Source: Chara braunii
Lineage: Eukaryota > Plantae > Charophyceae
Reading direction: 5' to 3'
Length of the DNA stretch: 64,000 bases
Assembly: GCA_003427395.1 (NCBI GenBank)
Contig: BFEA01000014.1
Coordinates: forward strand, 1,407,446 to 1,471,445
The notes beneath the pieces were generated by a model. It saw only the letters and a program-made list of their open reading frames with translations, was not told where the DNA came from and searched no databases. Positions 23,501-37,000 of the stretch are shown here, piece after piece. Made by a program: the position numbers and the translations under genes. Every line of letters begins with the position of its first letter. Within the stretch, counting starts at the first letter, position 1.

Positions 23501-25029
23501 ATTTCACAGAGTCGCCTAGAGTCAAGTTCGGCAGGGTCTTTTAACCTACCTGCCCTGCGCACCCATACCCGAGGGCTAATGGTGTCAGGTACAGGCGATG
23601 GTTTGTAGCCCGTTTTCTCAAGCGAACGGGCACAAACTTTCATCCATAGAACCTAGAGGGGGGGGGGGACTTCAAACATGTGGTCATATAATTTTTCCCT
23701 GCCCTAGCGGCAGGTTCACGCGATTTTGCTCATCCTACCTACATACACAATTGGACTATCGAGGTTTCAACCTCCTGATGAGTCGGTGGAAGTCCGACAA
23801 AACAATCTAGCACAATGACATTTTGTAGCCCGTTTGAACGGACGCTATTACTGCAATGGCACAGCCACTCCATATGGGAAGTGCATTTTCCCATATTTTG
23901 GCTGAAAATTCATTATTTATTTATTTATTTTTTTGCATTTGCAGCCCATTCGTGAAAACAACCGGCTACCTTATAACCTCACAACGAACGGGACAGGACC
24001 TAAAAAGAAAATCTTACCCAAAAACTAAAAAAAAAAAAAAAAAAAAAAAAAACCTTACCTGAAACGAGTTGACGCCCTCAAAACGGACGTTTCCTCCTCT
24101 TCATGGACTACAGGTCCCTGTCAGATCTCCATATGCCACCTGGCGCGTCGTTTCAATTTAGTTTTAGTTTTTTTTTTTTTTTTTTTTTCGATTTATGCGT
24201 GTCATCCTTGCGCAGGGGCTATGTTGATCTTCGCACGACCGATCTCGGCCGTGCGATCTTCGCGATCGACGGTCGAAATCGACTGTGCCGACAGCAAGGT
24301 GGCCAACTCCAAAAGGAGATAGCCCAGTGGTGCAGTACGTCGGATTCGATCCCGGTACCTGTTGGGTATGAGTCATCTGCTGTAACCTACTCGGCTAACT
24401 CCTATTACAAGAGTCATAAGAGAAGAGTTGGCCCAGTCGCTATCCCTCATGCCGGGGCTTTACAGGCCCCGCCTGCCTATGGTCTCGCAGGCCCTGCCTG
24501 CCTGCCTGTGGCCCTGCAAGCCCTGCCTGCCCGTGGCTTTGCAGGCCCTGTCAGCAGGCCTTACCCCGTCGGTTGGCCGCGCGATCTCCGCATCGGCCTA
24601 TCAACCCCTGGCTCGATGTCAACCTCCGAGACCCCGAAAAATAAAAAACTTCATTCCCATTCCCCTGCATCGCGGCCCTATACCCGGCGCATCCCTTTTT
24701 TTTGCCTACTTAGGCCCTAAATCGCGCGGCTTAGCAGCCATGCAACATTATTTTAGGTGGAATAAGTCTAGCTCTACCACTTTCATGCTCGCACGTCTCT
24801 ACAACTTCAACAAGAGCGGAGCACTGCCAACTACTATCGTTATGCTCAGACGCAACACGCGTTTGGACTAACGTTCGAAAAGTCTTAATCTCTTAGTCAT
24901 AGGTCAGGTATGAATAAACGTTTGACAAACGTCAGTCTCATCAAGTCCTTCAATTCAACGAAAGAGTCGGACAGCGTCCGACGTTGAAAAACCCCGACAA
25001 ATACCCTTGTCAGGGGATTTGTCCTGACA
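20547..25029. mobile_element. Probable solo LTR (TGTC...GACA) with nested insertions at ~22630-24720
   Basis: TGTC/GACA termini; flanks GCGG/ACGG. The terminus is shared with 1-735. Joining the flanks restores an RPL11-like C-terminus (FEECAVLS vs YEGVILN). No gag/pol seen. Confidence 0.55.
23200..23425. repeat. ~52-bp minisatellite, 3-4 copies
   Basis: CGCCGTGCAAAACGGGCAGAGTTTCCCCTGCACTGCTTGCCAAAATTGTT repeated. Confidence 0.85.
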
Positions 25030-25625
25030 ACGGTACTCAGTCTTTACAAGTGAGATAGGTAAAGAGAGATTTGTTGATCTATGAATGCATCGAAGTTAGA
25101 GTTCACCGAGTGTGGTTGAGCAAGAGAGGGGGGATGAGGTAACGTTTCGAAGGACATTTCACTCACTTTTTCATCCACTCGGAAAAATAATAATAATTAT
25201 TAGTATGTTAAAAAAATCCCGATTGTCAACTTGAGTATGATCAGATGCATGGCAAGATCTCGATCTGGATTGAGATTGTGACAACTGTATTATATAGCAC
25301 GATTAAAATTAGCATTTTGATCACAATCCTGAAAGTATTTGTCGCGTGATTAAGGTTCTGATATCGTATGAAAAGTTAACGAGGATTTGTCATGACAGTT
25401 GTTCCCGAGATCTTAATGGTGACCACAATATCTAGATGAACTTGACACAATTCTACAAGTTTGAATGAGCTATCACACGATTTTATGAATCAGAGATGTC
25501 GTCACTCGTATAGATTGGTTGTCACACGATAGATGAATTGTCACGTGGTCTCGATAGATTTCCATATAACTGATTATTCCGATTTGATATTTGATTGCTG
25601 CCAAGTAATATCACAACATGGTTAA

Positions 25626-26519
25626 ACCACCACTACCCCCGCCGCCAGAAAATGCCGATTCCAGTGAGTTTGGGGCGGGTTTTTCGGTAGGCCGGCGTTC
25701 GAATAATGATGGGGGGGGGGGGGGCAGGACCTAAGTCCCAAGGGGGGGGATGTCAGGCCTTTTTCCGGGAGGCGTTCGGGCGGTGGATTGCAGTCTCGGC
25801 CTTTCAAACGACCGGCCTGGTCCAATGTGTGGCCGGGCTCGTGGGCGGGAAAGGAACGTTTTCGCGAATTGTTGGCGAAAATGTTCATTTCCCGCCTGGT
25901 GTTTGAGTTCGTATAACATATTTCACCGTCTTTTTTTTTCTTTTTTTTTTTTCTTTTTTTTTTGCGTTTTGAAATTCAGTTGTGGAAACCGGTGACGGTC
26001 CTATTAGGTTTCATTGGCCTGGTCACACAGCCGCCATGGCCGCAATCTCCCCGTCGGGTGTTCCCCGTGCCGCCGTGCACAATACCCACGTGCTACCATC
26101 ACCGTTGACGACGACCGTGTGTGCGTGCCTGCGTCTCGTTCCCTGCTGCGTCGTCCTTCGCGAGTCGGCTGTTCGTTGCTGCCGTGAATGAGACCTCTGC
26201 GCCTCCATCGTCGTTGGCAGCGACCGTGTGTGAGTGTCTGTGTCGCGGGTGTGCCCTGTTCCTGGATAGCCATAATGGTCCTCCGCGCGTCCGCTGTGCC
26301 TTGCCGCCATGTGAGAATCGCCCTTGCGCCGTAGCCCTCTGCAGCGGCAGTGCCCCTCCAACAGTGCTTGCGTGTGTGTCGTGCTTTCGTCGTTGCTTGC
26401 ACTCGCGTGTGCTGCCGTCTATTGCAGAATCGTGTTCCTCCACGTCAGCGAAGGTGTGTGTATGTCAGGGTTTGCACGCGGGCGTGTGTGTCTGNGAGNG
26501 AGNGAGNGAGNGAGNGAGN

Positions 26520-26616
<97 letters not shown>

Positions 26617-27317
26617 TTTTTTTCAATCTTCTTCTTCTTCTTTTTCTTTTTCTTCTTTTTCTTTTTCTTTTTCTTCTTTTTTCTATCTTCTTCTTCTTCT
26701 TCTCTTTCTTCGTCGTCGTCTTCTTCCTCTTTTTCATCTTCTTCTCCTTTTTTTTTTTCTTCTTCTGCTCCGCTTCTTCTTCTTCTTCTTCTTCTTCGCT
26801 TCTTCTTCTTCACCTCCGCTTCTTCTTCTTCCCCGGTTCGGTCCGCGAGGATAGGGTGCCACGTGGGAAAGGTACACGTGCACAAAAATCAGCCACCCAT
26901 CCGTGGCTTTTCGACGGTGGATGGCTACAAGGTGGGCTCGTCACTCGTCTCGCCCGAAACAACGCTGTCCTTTCCGTCGCTGGCACGACAGTGAAAACGA
27001 ATCCAAAAAAAAATTAAAAAAAAAAAACACGAAATAAAATCGGCTAAACAAAAAAGTAAAAAACTAATGTGCATTTTTCAAAAATCGAAAATTACGAAAT
27101 ACATTCGGGGCAGCCACCTCGATGTCCGAAAGGAGCAACTCGGACATCGGCCTCGAACTTCACCATCCGACCGCGGGCGTCCCACCGGGGACCACATCTC
27201 AATCGACAAATCGGGCAAGGCCCTGGTAGGCCGCGAACAACCGGTCGCGCAACCAGAAAAGGCCGATTCCGGCGTACCAGTACTTCGACATTTTCTAGTG
27301 GCAGGGGGAGTGGTGGT
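25626..27317. mobile_element. Non-autonomous TIR DNA transposon (~1.7 kb) at a TTAA (or TA) target
   Basis: TIR ACCACCACTACCCCCGCCGCCAGAAAATGCCGA vs reverse complement of the right end ACCACCACTCCCCCTGCCACTAGAAAATGTCGA. TTAA on both sides. Internal (GA)n, poly-A and (TTC)n. Confidence 0.85.
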
Positions 27318-28005
27318 TTAATAGATGAGTTGTCATGTGATCTCGGTAAATTGTCATGTAACTGATTGTTGTTATTTAATATTGGATTGATGCAAAGTAA
27401 TACTGTTGCATGGTTAATAATTTGACTGAGACTTTGATATTATATCTACCCTCCTCCGGTGTTCTGGAGTGCATCTTTGCCATGAGACCTATTGTTTGGT
27501 TGGTGGTAGAAGCAAGAGAGTGCTCAAGATGGAAAATGCAGAAGATGTCTAAAATCTTTAACGAAGAGTTTAAAATTGCGAATCAAGAAGGCGATCTCGT
27601 GAATTAAGAAGGCTATTAAGTTCGTGAGTGAAGATGACGCTCAAGATGTTGGATCAAGATGACAGGGCCTCATCCCGCATAGAGTGCTAAAGGATGTTTC
27701 GAATGAGTTTCCCCTGCCTGCACTTCAAGCACTTTAGTGGGATTTCTGATAAATATTGCGATGCAACCAGCTGAGCAGACAAAACATTTGGAGGGGTGGA
27801 ATAACAGGAACGGGTAGGATTGACTGAACTCGCGGATTGTTCAAGGTAAGGAAGACTTGTTAAAGATTAGTTGGCAAAGGGGTGGATTAATTGGGATTAT
27901 GGCTGGGCAGAATAGTCTTGGATAAGCAGTAGTCGAGGTCAGCCAAATGAAAAGTAAATTGGAGTGCGTCCATATGGGAGTAGGCCGACGAAAAAGTGAT
28001 TGTTC

Positions 28006-28054
<49 letters not shown>

Positions 28055-29806
28055 GAATGTTGATCCACGAAACTCTTGAGTAAGTTTGTTATGACCATAG
28101 GTTGTGTGCGTAGATCTAGGACAGGTGGATGATTCTAAGGTATGCCACATCAACGTTAGCACGAAAACCTAGCCTAAGACGTGCAGTAGGTGTGGCAGCT
28201 TCGACTGAGAGAACAACGCTAAATAAACAGAGTATAACACTGAAAGTAGTAGCATGTTTTATTTGCTAATTAGATAGACGCTAGACCCGGTTTCCAACAT
28301 AGTCGAAAAAAATGTTTGATTTTATGAGGGACGCTGAACCCGCTTTCTAGCACGTGACACTCCCCACGAATAGATGGTGTCATCATACCTTGTCGGCCTC
28401 TACCATCGAGGGATTTTACCACCTAGGTGGCAGAGAATGCAGTCATGAATGATATTAAAAAAAAAAAAAAATCACCCGATAAAATTTGTTTTTTTTTTTT
28501 TTTTTTTGGATGTGACTGTCATGAGTACCAGAAAATAAAAGACCATGGGACCCAGACTCGACAAAACTCGGTGTGCATTTAAATTCAGGTTCGGCAAAAA
28601 CATGATCGGAGGTAGTGGTAGTTTAACACAAGCCCAAGAGCCTAAACCAGTTCCAACTAGCATAACACTCCCTCCAACCACCTTACCACAAACTGTTGTC
28701 ATCCTTTTGTGGATATATAGACTGGGTGTTCAGATCTTTCATTTATCTACCTACCCCTTTCTCGAACTAAACCTAATGTTTATATTACACTTCTTAGTTT
28801 TATTCCTAATAAACTAACTACCTCTCTATCTTATACCTTAATACTGAGACCATATCACGGACTTTGATACTTTCCCTTCCACGGCTCTGAGTCGAGCACA
28901 ATAATATTTGGCTTACCTGCCAGTGGAACCTCATACGGTTCTCCAACAACATGATGCTCTACCCAACCCCACTTACCAACAAACATTTGCCCTTCTACTG
29001 CGAAGAATAGATCGAGCACCCAGGTTCTAACTATTGGCCAAGAAGCAAAGTACGACTAACCCCACCAACAAGCTTAAGGTTGGCCTAGAGTCACGGAGTC
29101 CAAGGTAGTCAAGCAACGATTCGGAGCAACCAAGGCATCCTCCCAGATCGGTGCTGAGAGGTTTCAATCATTCGAGGTGGTAGAGCAGGAGCCAGACCTT
29201 ACTACTGGTGAAACGATTTTGCAGTAGAGACAACAACAATCAGCTCAACCATCGGATCTAAAGACCAAGACCTCGGGGGGGAGGAGAATCACAGGCATCA
29301 CTAAGGCTGGGTCAACGAGCAAGCAATTGAAGCAGGCTAATCTTCGATGCCCCCCTGGGCTCCCAAAAGGGATTGGTTGGGAGGACCCATAGAGTATGGC
29401 CTTAATGACACCAATGGCTACGACCTAAACAATGACCTTCAAACGGAGAGGAAGGCACCTGGACCCTCAGCCCACTCTCGGTGGTAGGTCCAGCAGCGAT
29501 ATCACTTGGAACCGGAACCAAAGGGCTACTACCAGCTTCACTGAGACTCATACTTCTCCTCTCAACCTATGCAGGTGGAACACTCGCAACCAAGGTACCC
29601 ATCCGGCTCATACAACTGGTGGAATTTGAGTCCTCAAGCGTAGAACAGAGGTCTTCCCTCCCTGGATCTTCTCAGATGGGAGAGGAGAGGTGGCTCTAGC
29701 AGGAGGTGGATAAGAACCAATAATTTCAAGTGAGACTCGTGGAAAGACGATAATCAGCGGCAGAGGGGTGATGCTACAGGAACATGGAGATAAAGTAGTC
29801 AAAACC

Positions 29807-30331
29807 ATCAACAAAAAAAATTCTTATAATTAAATAATCATTCTATAGTAAAATTACATTCTAAATTTTAAATTTTCATTCCATCTTAAAAAATGTCATT
29901 CCAATTTAAAAAACATTCGTCTTACTTGAAAACTTTTCTTCCAAGAATGCGGTATCCTTTCTTATTTGAACTACATGCTAGAGATGGAATGAAAGTCTGG
30001 ATGAGTTTATGAAATATTTTAATCGGACTGTCATTCTAAGTAAGGATTTTCAGTTATAAATAGGCTAATCCAATCTAAATTAGAAGATATTTGTTGTAGT
30101 AGAATGAAAGTTTAATTAAAACATTTCATAAACTCATCCAGACTTTTATTCCATCTTGAACAAATAGATGTAGTTGGAAGGGAAAACTCATATTTAGACG
30201 GGAACTTATCAAATAAAACTGAAAATTTTATAATTGGACAAACATTGGAATGATAATTTATAAATATGAAGGATTTTTTTTTATGGATTGTTTTTTTAAC
30301 TTTCATTTCTCGTGGGAATTTTTTTGTTGAT
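29807..30331. mobile_element. AT-rich MITE copy 2 (inverted relative to 3980-4505)
   Basis: Full-length reverse-complement similarity to 3980-4505; ATCAACA...TGTTGAT termini. Confidence 0.9.
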
Positions 30332-31815
30332 ACTCAAACGGTGAGGGAATAGGATGAGGCGGCGCGTAGCGGAGACCTAATTGGCCCGTCTGAAGGGAGA
30401 GAGGCAACCCATGCAGACCTCTCGAAGACCTCACTTTCTTCGCATTCTAAAGTATGGTGGGGGAGTGAGTGTTGTGAGGAAAATGGCGTGTCAGAGGGCG
30501 GATCCTCATCCTTGGAGAGTTCAACGACATTTGGTCTCAAAGTTAGTGGAAAATAAGTAGGGGGTAGCAGTAGAGTACCGGACAAGAGTCACAAAGCAGA
30601 AACACTGGACATGAATGGAATGGAAGCAGTCCAAAGGAGATTAGTGTCACTGGTATGCATGCAGACAATGGATGGCATTTGCTTTCTCTCACTCACAAAC
30701 ACAAAGGGTTTCCCACACATCCCCTGAGTAGAGATCGACCGCTCACATACTCCTGCGATGATTTTTAAGGAAACAAGGAAATTATACAGGGCACATACTC
30801 CTGCGATGATTCCAATAAGACTGTTGCCGCACTCTACGATGGTTAATTTGATCTGCGAATCGGTACAGTGGTGTACACAGATGTACTTTTCATTCCTAGA
30901 CGCGAGAGTTCCTCCAGAAGTGGCGCCCACATTGGCACAAGCAGGTATTCGCTGGTTCCAGATGGACCTAATCAGAAAGCGGAATATGCAGGTGCAGGAA
31001 CACATCAGGATCTTTCCGAGAGTTTCTGGTCTGGCCCTTCTAAATGTGAATGAGAAGTTAGCAGTAGACAAGAACCTGCACTCAGCCTTCTTGGCAACAA
31101 GTTTGATAAAGGAAAAACGTTTTATCTTCTATCATAAATCAAGCACATCTAGAGGTAGCTCACACCGAAGGGCAAGATCTGCATCAGTGGAGACAGAGTT
31201 GGAGCAAGCACTAGTTGGCTCCCAAATGCACACCACGCGCATTCAATCTAAGGCGGGACAAAAACCTATTGATGGACAAAATTTCGACAAAATTCGAATA
31301 AAATTTGCGTGGTAGCTTTGAACATTTATGACCTAGGAGACACAAATGGGAGAGTCAAAAGGAGGGGGTTGAAAAACTGGCTCCACGAGTGGAGAGTCAA
31401 CTGTGTACTAATACAGGAGACGAAACAGGACGCGGATAAACTGAGAAGTATTGTTGTATGGTGGGATGACCCTCATGTGTGGGTCCCAACACAAGGTACC
31501 CGTGATGAGATCTACACTGAAACCTCCAGGCATAAATAATTGATTCGGAAACGGACATGTGAGGCAAGTGGGAATGACGGAAGGTCTCCTTAGGCAGTAA
31601 GGAGTGGGTGTTCATAATCGTCTATGCACTGACGACGGTAGGAGAAAGGAAAATTTTATTCTCAAGACTAATATATCATATTCCTTTGACAGATAGACTG
31701 TTACTGGCCAGTAATTGGAACGTATCATTAGACAAAGTTTTCCGCCTAGGAGCACCGTCAGCAAACCACAGAGACGTGAAAACTCCGTTAGAGTTCAACT
31801 CTTAGCTGACTTTTG

Positions 31816-32308
31816 GAGAGAAGGTTAACAACAGTCGTATTTTTCATCACCACTTCAGGACACCCTTCACTATTTCAGGATGCAGTTTGCCTAAACAGGT
31901 GGTTTTCAGGGTCTTTGGACCTTTCACCACTTCATGACCATTCAGGTCTGAAAATCCTGAACGGTCCTGAAGTGGTGAAAGCTCGAAAAACCCTGAAAAC
32001 CACCTGTTTAGGTAGGCTGCATCCTCAAGTGGTGAAGGGTGGTTTTCATGGTCTTCGGACCTTACACCACTTCAGGACCATTCAGGATTTTTAGACTGCC
32101 ATTCAAGATTTTTAGACTGCCCAAAACTCTCACTTTACCACTTCATGACACCCTTCACCACTTCAGGATGCAACCTACCTAAACAGGTGGTTTTCAGGGT
32201 CTTCGGACCTTTCACCACTTCAGGCCCATTCAGGATTTCCAGACTGCCAAAAACTCTCACTTCATAATTTTCATTCCTGAATTTTCAGCTACCCGATAAC
32301 CGCTTGTG
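31816..32308. mobile_element. ~490-bp non-autonomous DNA element with 8-bp TSD GACTTTTG
   Basis: Starts GAGAGAAGGTTAAC and ends GATAACCGCTTGTG. TSD at 31808-31815 and 32309-32316. Packed with TTCACCACTTCAGGA repeats in both orientations. Confidence 0.88.
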
Positions 32309-32617
32309 GACTTTTGCAGATCTTTTTCTCATCTTAAGATCGGATGAGCTTGGTTATACCTGGACCTCACACCTGTATCGAAACAAGCATCAAGTGACCC
32401 GGAGGCGACTTGACTACTTTCTGCTCTCATAAATTGATTATGGACAAAGTCACTACAATCGGGCATGTGTGCAACCCTATTTCGGATAACAAGCCGGTAG
32501 TGGCCGACATCCGCTTACACCTGGGTTGGGAAATAGGAAGGGATTTCTTTCATCTAAACAACCACGTTCGTGAGATTGCCAAAGTGAACGAGTGAGTGAT
32601 AGACCGCATGTCGAAAT

Positions 32618-33108
32618 GAGAGAAGGTTAACAACAATCATATTTTTCATCACCACTTCAGGACACCGTTCACCACTTCAGGATGCAGCCTGCCTAAACAG
32701 GTGGTTTTCAGGGTCTTAGGACCTTTAACCACTTCAGGACCATTCAAGTCTGAAAATCATGAATGGTCCTGAAAGACCTGAATGGTCCTGATATGGTAAA
32801 AACTCCGAAGACCCTGAAAACCACCTGTTTAGGCAAACTGCATCCTCAAGTGGTAAAGTGTGGTTTTCATGGTCTTCGGACCTTTCACCACTTCAGGACC
32901 ATTCATGATTTTCAAACTGTCAAAAACTCTTACTTGACCACTTCAGGACACCCTTCACCACTTCAGGATGCAGCCTGCATAAACGGGTGGTTTTTAGGGC
33001 CGTCGGACCTTTCACCACTTCAGGACCATTCTGAATTTTCAGACTGCCAAAAACTCTCACTTCATAATTTTCATTCCTAAATTTTTAGCTATCCGATAAC
33101 CGCTTATG
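32618..33108. mobile_element. Second copy of the ~490-bp element, with 8-bp TSD GTCGAAAT
   Basis: Same termini as 31816-32308; TSD at 32610-32617 and 33109-33116. Confidence 0.88.
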
Positions 33109-33263
33109 GTCGAAATGGGAAAGTACAAAGTTTTTTTCAACTTCACTACACACTGGTTGGATGGAGGGCTAGCCTTCACATCTGGAGTACAAGACGTCAT
33201 ATCAAGGATCCTAACTAAGTCAAGGAACAAGACAGAGGCGGATTATCAAAGGAGGGTGAAGGA

Positions 33264-34080
33264 CAAAGGTGGGCAAATTTGTTTTTTCCTCACCCTCGAC
33301 CCAACCCGTCTAATTTTATTTTTTCCCATCCACCTGGTCCAAGAATTTTATTTTTTACTTTTAGACAATCCCACCCACCCAAAATATTTTTCGAAATTTC
33401 AGCCCCACGCCCGATCCGCCCATGACCCGAAAAAAAACCTCACCCACACCCGCCCGCACCGGTGAGAGTATCATCACCCGTCCGCGTCCAATACCTAAAT
33501 TTTTTTCACTCACACCCACCCGCATCAGCTCGCGCCTGCCCATGCCAGTCCCGTACACCATCACGATTTCATCGGCAACATAGCATTGTAATAAAGACAT
33601 CTAAAAATCCTATTACTAAAACAACTGCAACATCAACAATGCAACTCGAACTTCTAAAAGAAAAATATTATAAGATTTTTTTTTTGCCCAGGGGCAGCTG
33701 CACTGCTTTTGCACCGGCGTTACTTCATCAGGACATGGTCAACTGAATCAGACACTTTTTTCTTTGGCTCTCAACCTCAAGCCCGACGTACTACACAAGG
33801 AAAGGGCGGGGAGGGGGGGGGGAGGGGGGGGTTCGGGTCATCCTGGGTCTATGGGTCGGGTGACCCAGGCCAAGCCATCACCCACCTGCCACCGACCCAG
33901 CAGGTGACCCAGGTCAAATCTTCACCCGCCAGTCACCCAGAAAGGCATGTTGGTTGTGCCCGCCCATAATCCATCCAAGACAACTCATGTAGACCTAAAT
34001 CCGACCCATCACCCTGTGGGTCGGGTGGGTGCAGGTGGGTGCAGGTGGGTGCAGATCTGGGCGCCCGGTGCCCAACTCTG
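33264..34080. mobile_element. hAT-like MITE inserted in the LINE
   Basis: TIR CAAAGGTGGGCA / TGCCCAACTCTG. Imperfect 8-bp flanks GTGAAGGA / GTGGAAGA. ACCCG/CGGGT subterminal motifs. LINE coding resumes afterwards. Confidence 0.7.
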
Positions 34081-37000
34081 GTGGAAGAGGCGGAATACCG
34101 AATGGAGGGTGACCCTATCTCAGTGGTGGTGTGAGCATTGGAACGAGAAATAAGAACGGCGAAATCAGACAACATCTAGGAGAGAAACAAAAAAGATGGA
34201 TCAAGGTTCTGAAGGAAAAGGGAATAAAGGCACACGATAAAATGTCAAAGGATACCTTTTACAAACTGTTATCAAGCCACACCCAGCAACAGATGACTGA
34301 ACTGAAACACCCGGTTGATGGGTCCAGCCTCCCATGCCTGGACGGCAACTGGTATGCTCCAGTATGCAAGGGTGTATTATGAAGACATACTTACACCCAG
34401 GCGGTCGCACGACAATGTGAACAACATGTGGGACATCACGACTGTCAAACCGCAAACCACCACTAAGCCGGATTTGGACAGGCCACTCACCCTGGAGGAA
34501 CTATTTCAGACGCTGAAGACAATGGTGAGGGACAAATCACCCGGGGTAGACGGTCTGTCAATGGAGTTCTACGCCGCGAAGTTGGGAGTGTACGACCCGC
34601 TGCTGGTAGAACTCTATAACGAGATCCTAGTAGGGGCCAGACTAGGGAAAGGTAGTACTATGACCCATAAGGTGATCGCAGTCCTTTTCAAGAAAGGTTA
34701 CAAGGCAATGGTAAGAAACTGGCGTGCAATTTCTCTTCTCAAAATCTCCTATAAAATCATTGCGAAGTCCTTGGCTCAAAATGTATTCAAGTATCTCCCA
34801 AAGTTGGTGGAGAAGGACCAGGGGGCCTTCGTACAAGGACGCTTGATCTTCAACAACATAGTCACAACGATAGAGACCTTCAAGGTGGTACAATAAGAGA
34901 ATATGGACATGGTAGTGCTCTTATGGGACTTGGGATAAGCGTACGACAAGGTAGGATGGTCCTTTGTCCTCACCACCTTGAGGAGGATGGGATTTGAAAA
35001 CAAATTTTGCTCTTGGATAATAGCCATGTACATATTTTCCTCGCCTGCAGTGATGATCAACAACCACTTGTCAAACCTATCTCAGTTGTCAAGGGCACTT
35101 TGTCAAGGTTGTCCACTCGCCCCATCATCTTCGTGCAACAACTAGAAGTACTGCTCAACAAGATCCGTCACCACACGGAGATCAAAGGAATGCATCTGCA
35201 CAACGATGAAGACTGTAGGGTCAAGGCCCTGACAGACAATCTGTTCGTGGTGAATGAGAACTCGGTCGCGTCGCTATCAACGTTGAAGGTGATTCTAGGT
35301 GTCACTGAGTACTAGAGGCTGTCGGAGGCAACAATTAACTGGAACAAGTCGACCTACTTGTTACCAGCGCAGTTCTCACTAAAGGTGGAATGGGGTAAAA
35401 GTGGGCAAGAAGGAAAGGTTTTTGAGTGTTCTTATCAATCTGCATATTGACGTATCCGCCCAAGGGCACCTCCCGCAACAATCGATTGAAGCGCGTCTTG
35501 GACTGTGGGGCTCAGCATGACACCTTTCATTAGTAGGTAGAGCGCTGGTCACCAGTGTGGCTTTGTTTTCAATCAAATGGTTTGTCACCACGATAAGGGG
35601 ACTTGCAGCAGGAGTGACTGGCCTCCCGGTTCATATGGGAACCAAGGGTCACCAACAGCGAGGGTTTCATTTCTAAAGTCGCCCTCGACACCTTGTCTTT
35701 TCCATGAGAGATTGGGGGTTTAGGCATTCTAGATCCGACCAGAAGGAATCAAACCCAACTCCGAAACTGAGTGGTCAAAGTAGCCGTAAAAAACCCATCG
35801 GAGCACCGGATAACCCTAACAGAAACTCCTGATGAAAGAATGAGACCTGTGCAGGGCCAAAGATGTCTGGGCATGTTTCTTGATGCCATCATTCAGAAAG
35901 AGGAGACAAAAATTGAGTTTTTGGGATGCTATTCGGAAGGCATGGAAGAAAATGCCCCCAGACGTGCAGTCTACCCCNNNNNNNNNNNNNNNNNNNNNNN
36001 NNNNNNNNNNNNNNNNNNNNNNNNNNNNNNNNNNNNNNNNNNNNNNNNNNNNNNNNNNNNNNNNNNNNNNNNNNNNNNNNNNNNNNNNNNNNNNNNNNNN
36101 NNNNNNNNNNNNNNNNNNNNNNNNNNNNNNNNNNNNNNNNNNNNNNNNNNNNNNNNNNNNNNNNNNNNNNNNNNNNNNNNNNNNNNNNNNNNNNNNNNNN
36201 NNNNNNNNNNNNNNNNNNNNNNNNNNNNNNNNNNNNNNNNNNNNNNNNNNNNNNNNNNNNNNNNNNNNNNNNNNNNNNNNNNNNNNNNNNNNNNNNNNNN
36301 NNNNNNNNNNNNNNNNNNNNNNNNNNNNNNNNNNNNNNNNNNNNNNNNNNNNNNNNNNNNNNNNNNNNNNNNNNNNNNNNNNNNNNNNNNNNNNNNNNNN
36401 NNNNNNNNNNNNNNNNNNNNNNNNNNGCGCTCTTCCCGTAGATGGCTCGACATGAACATTTGGGATAACTAGGGTCCGAAGAGGGGCAGTCCGGATCGAG
36501 GACCTGTGGTCTACGCCGTTCGGCAGGTGAAGCCCCTAATGGAGGTGAAGAAGTTTCTGAAAGGTCTGCAACGAGTCGAAGAACATTAAAGACAGGTGAT
36601 CGGGGCAATTCCCCCGGACAGGATGTTTCTACTGGGGCTGGAGGGGGTCGATCCCTGGGTACCAGGTACATCTCTGAACTGCAACTGGAGGAAACCGCGT
36701 TGTGGAAGGTCATCAACATCTCACTGAGCGGGTTCAAAAAGGTGGAAAGGTGGCGGAGCGTAGGGCCTTCCAACACATTGTCCCGAATTGAAGAAGAAAC
36801 AATCCTAATTTGAGACAACCCTGCTCAAGTTAGGGTGGTGGAGGTAAAGAGCATCAAATCTTGCACCCGGGTTCTGTCCTAGGTGGAGAAAGTCCCACTG
36901 CGTCAATTATGTATTGATCCATTGACTTGGGATGAAGAAAAGTTGAAGAAGATGAGCCCAGTCTGAAACTATTAGACTACTCGGTGGCAAAAGGCTACCA

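Noticed and set aside
35771-36818. Long ORFs spanning N-runs (also 40715-42007 and 55587-56637)
   Set aside because: Artefacts of assembly gaps.
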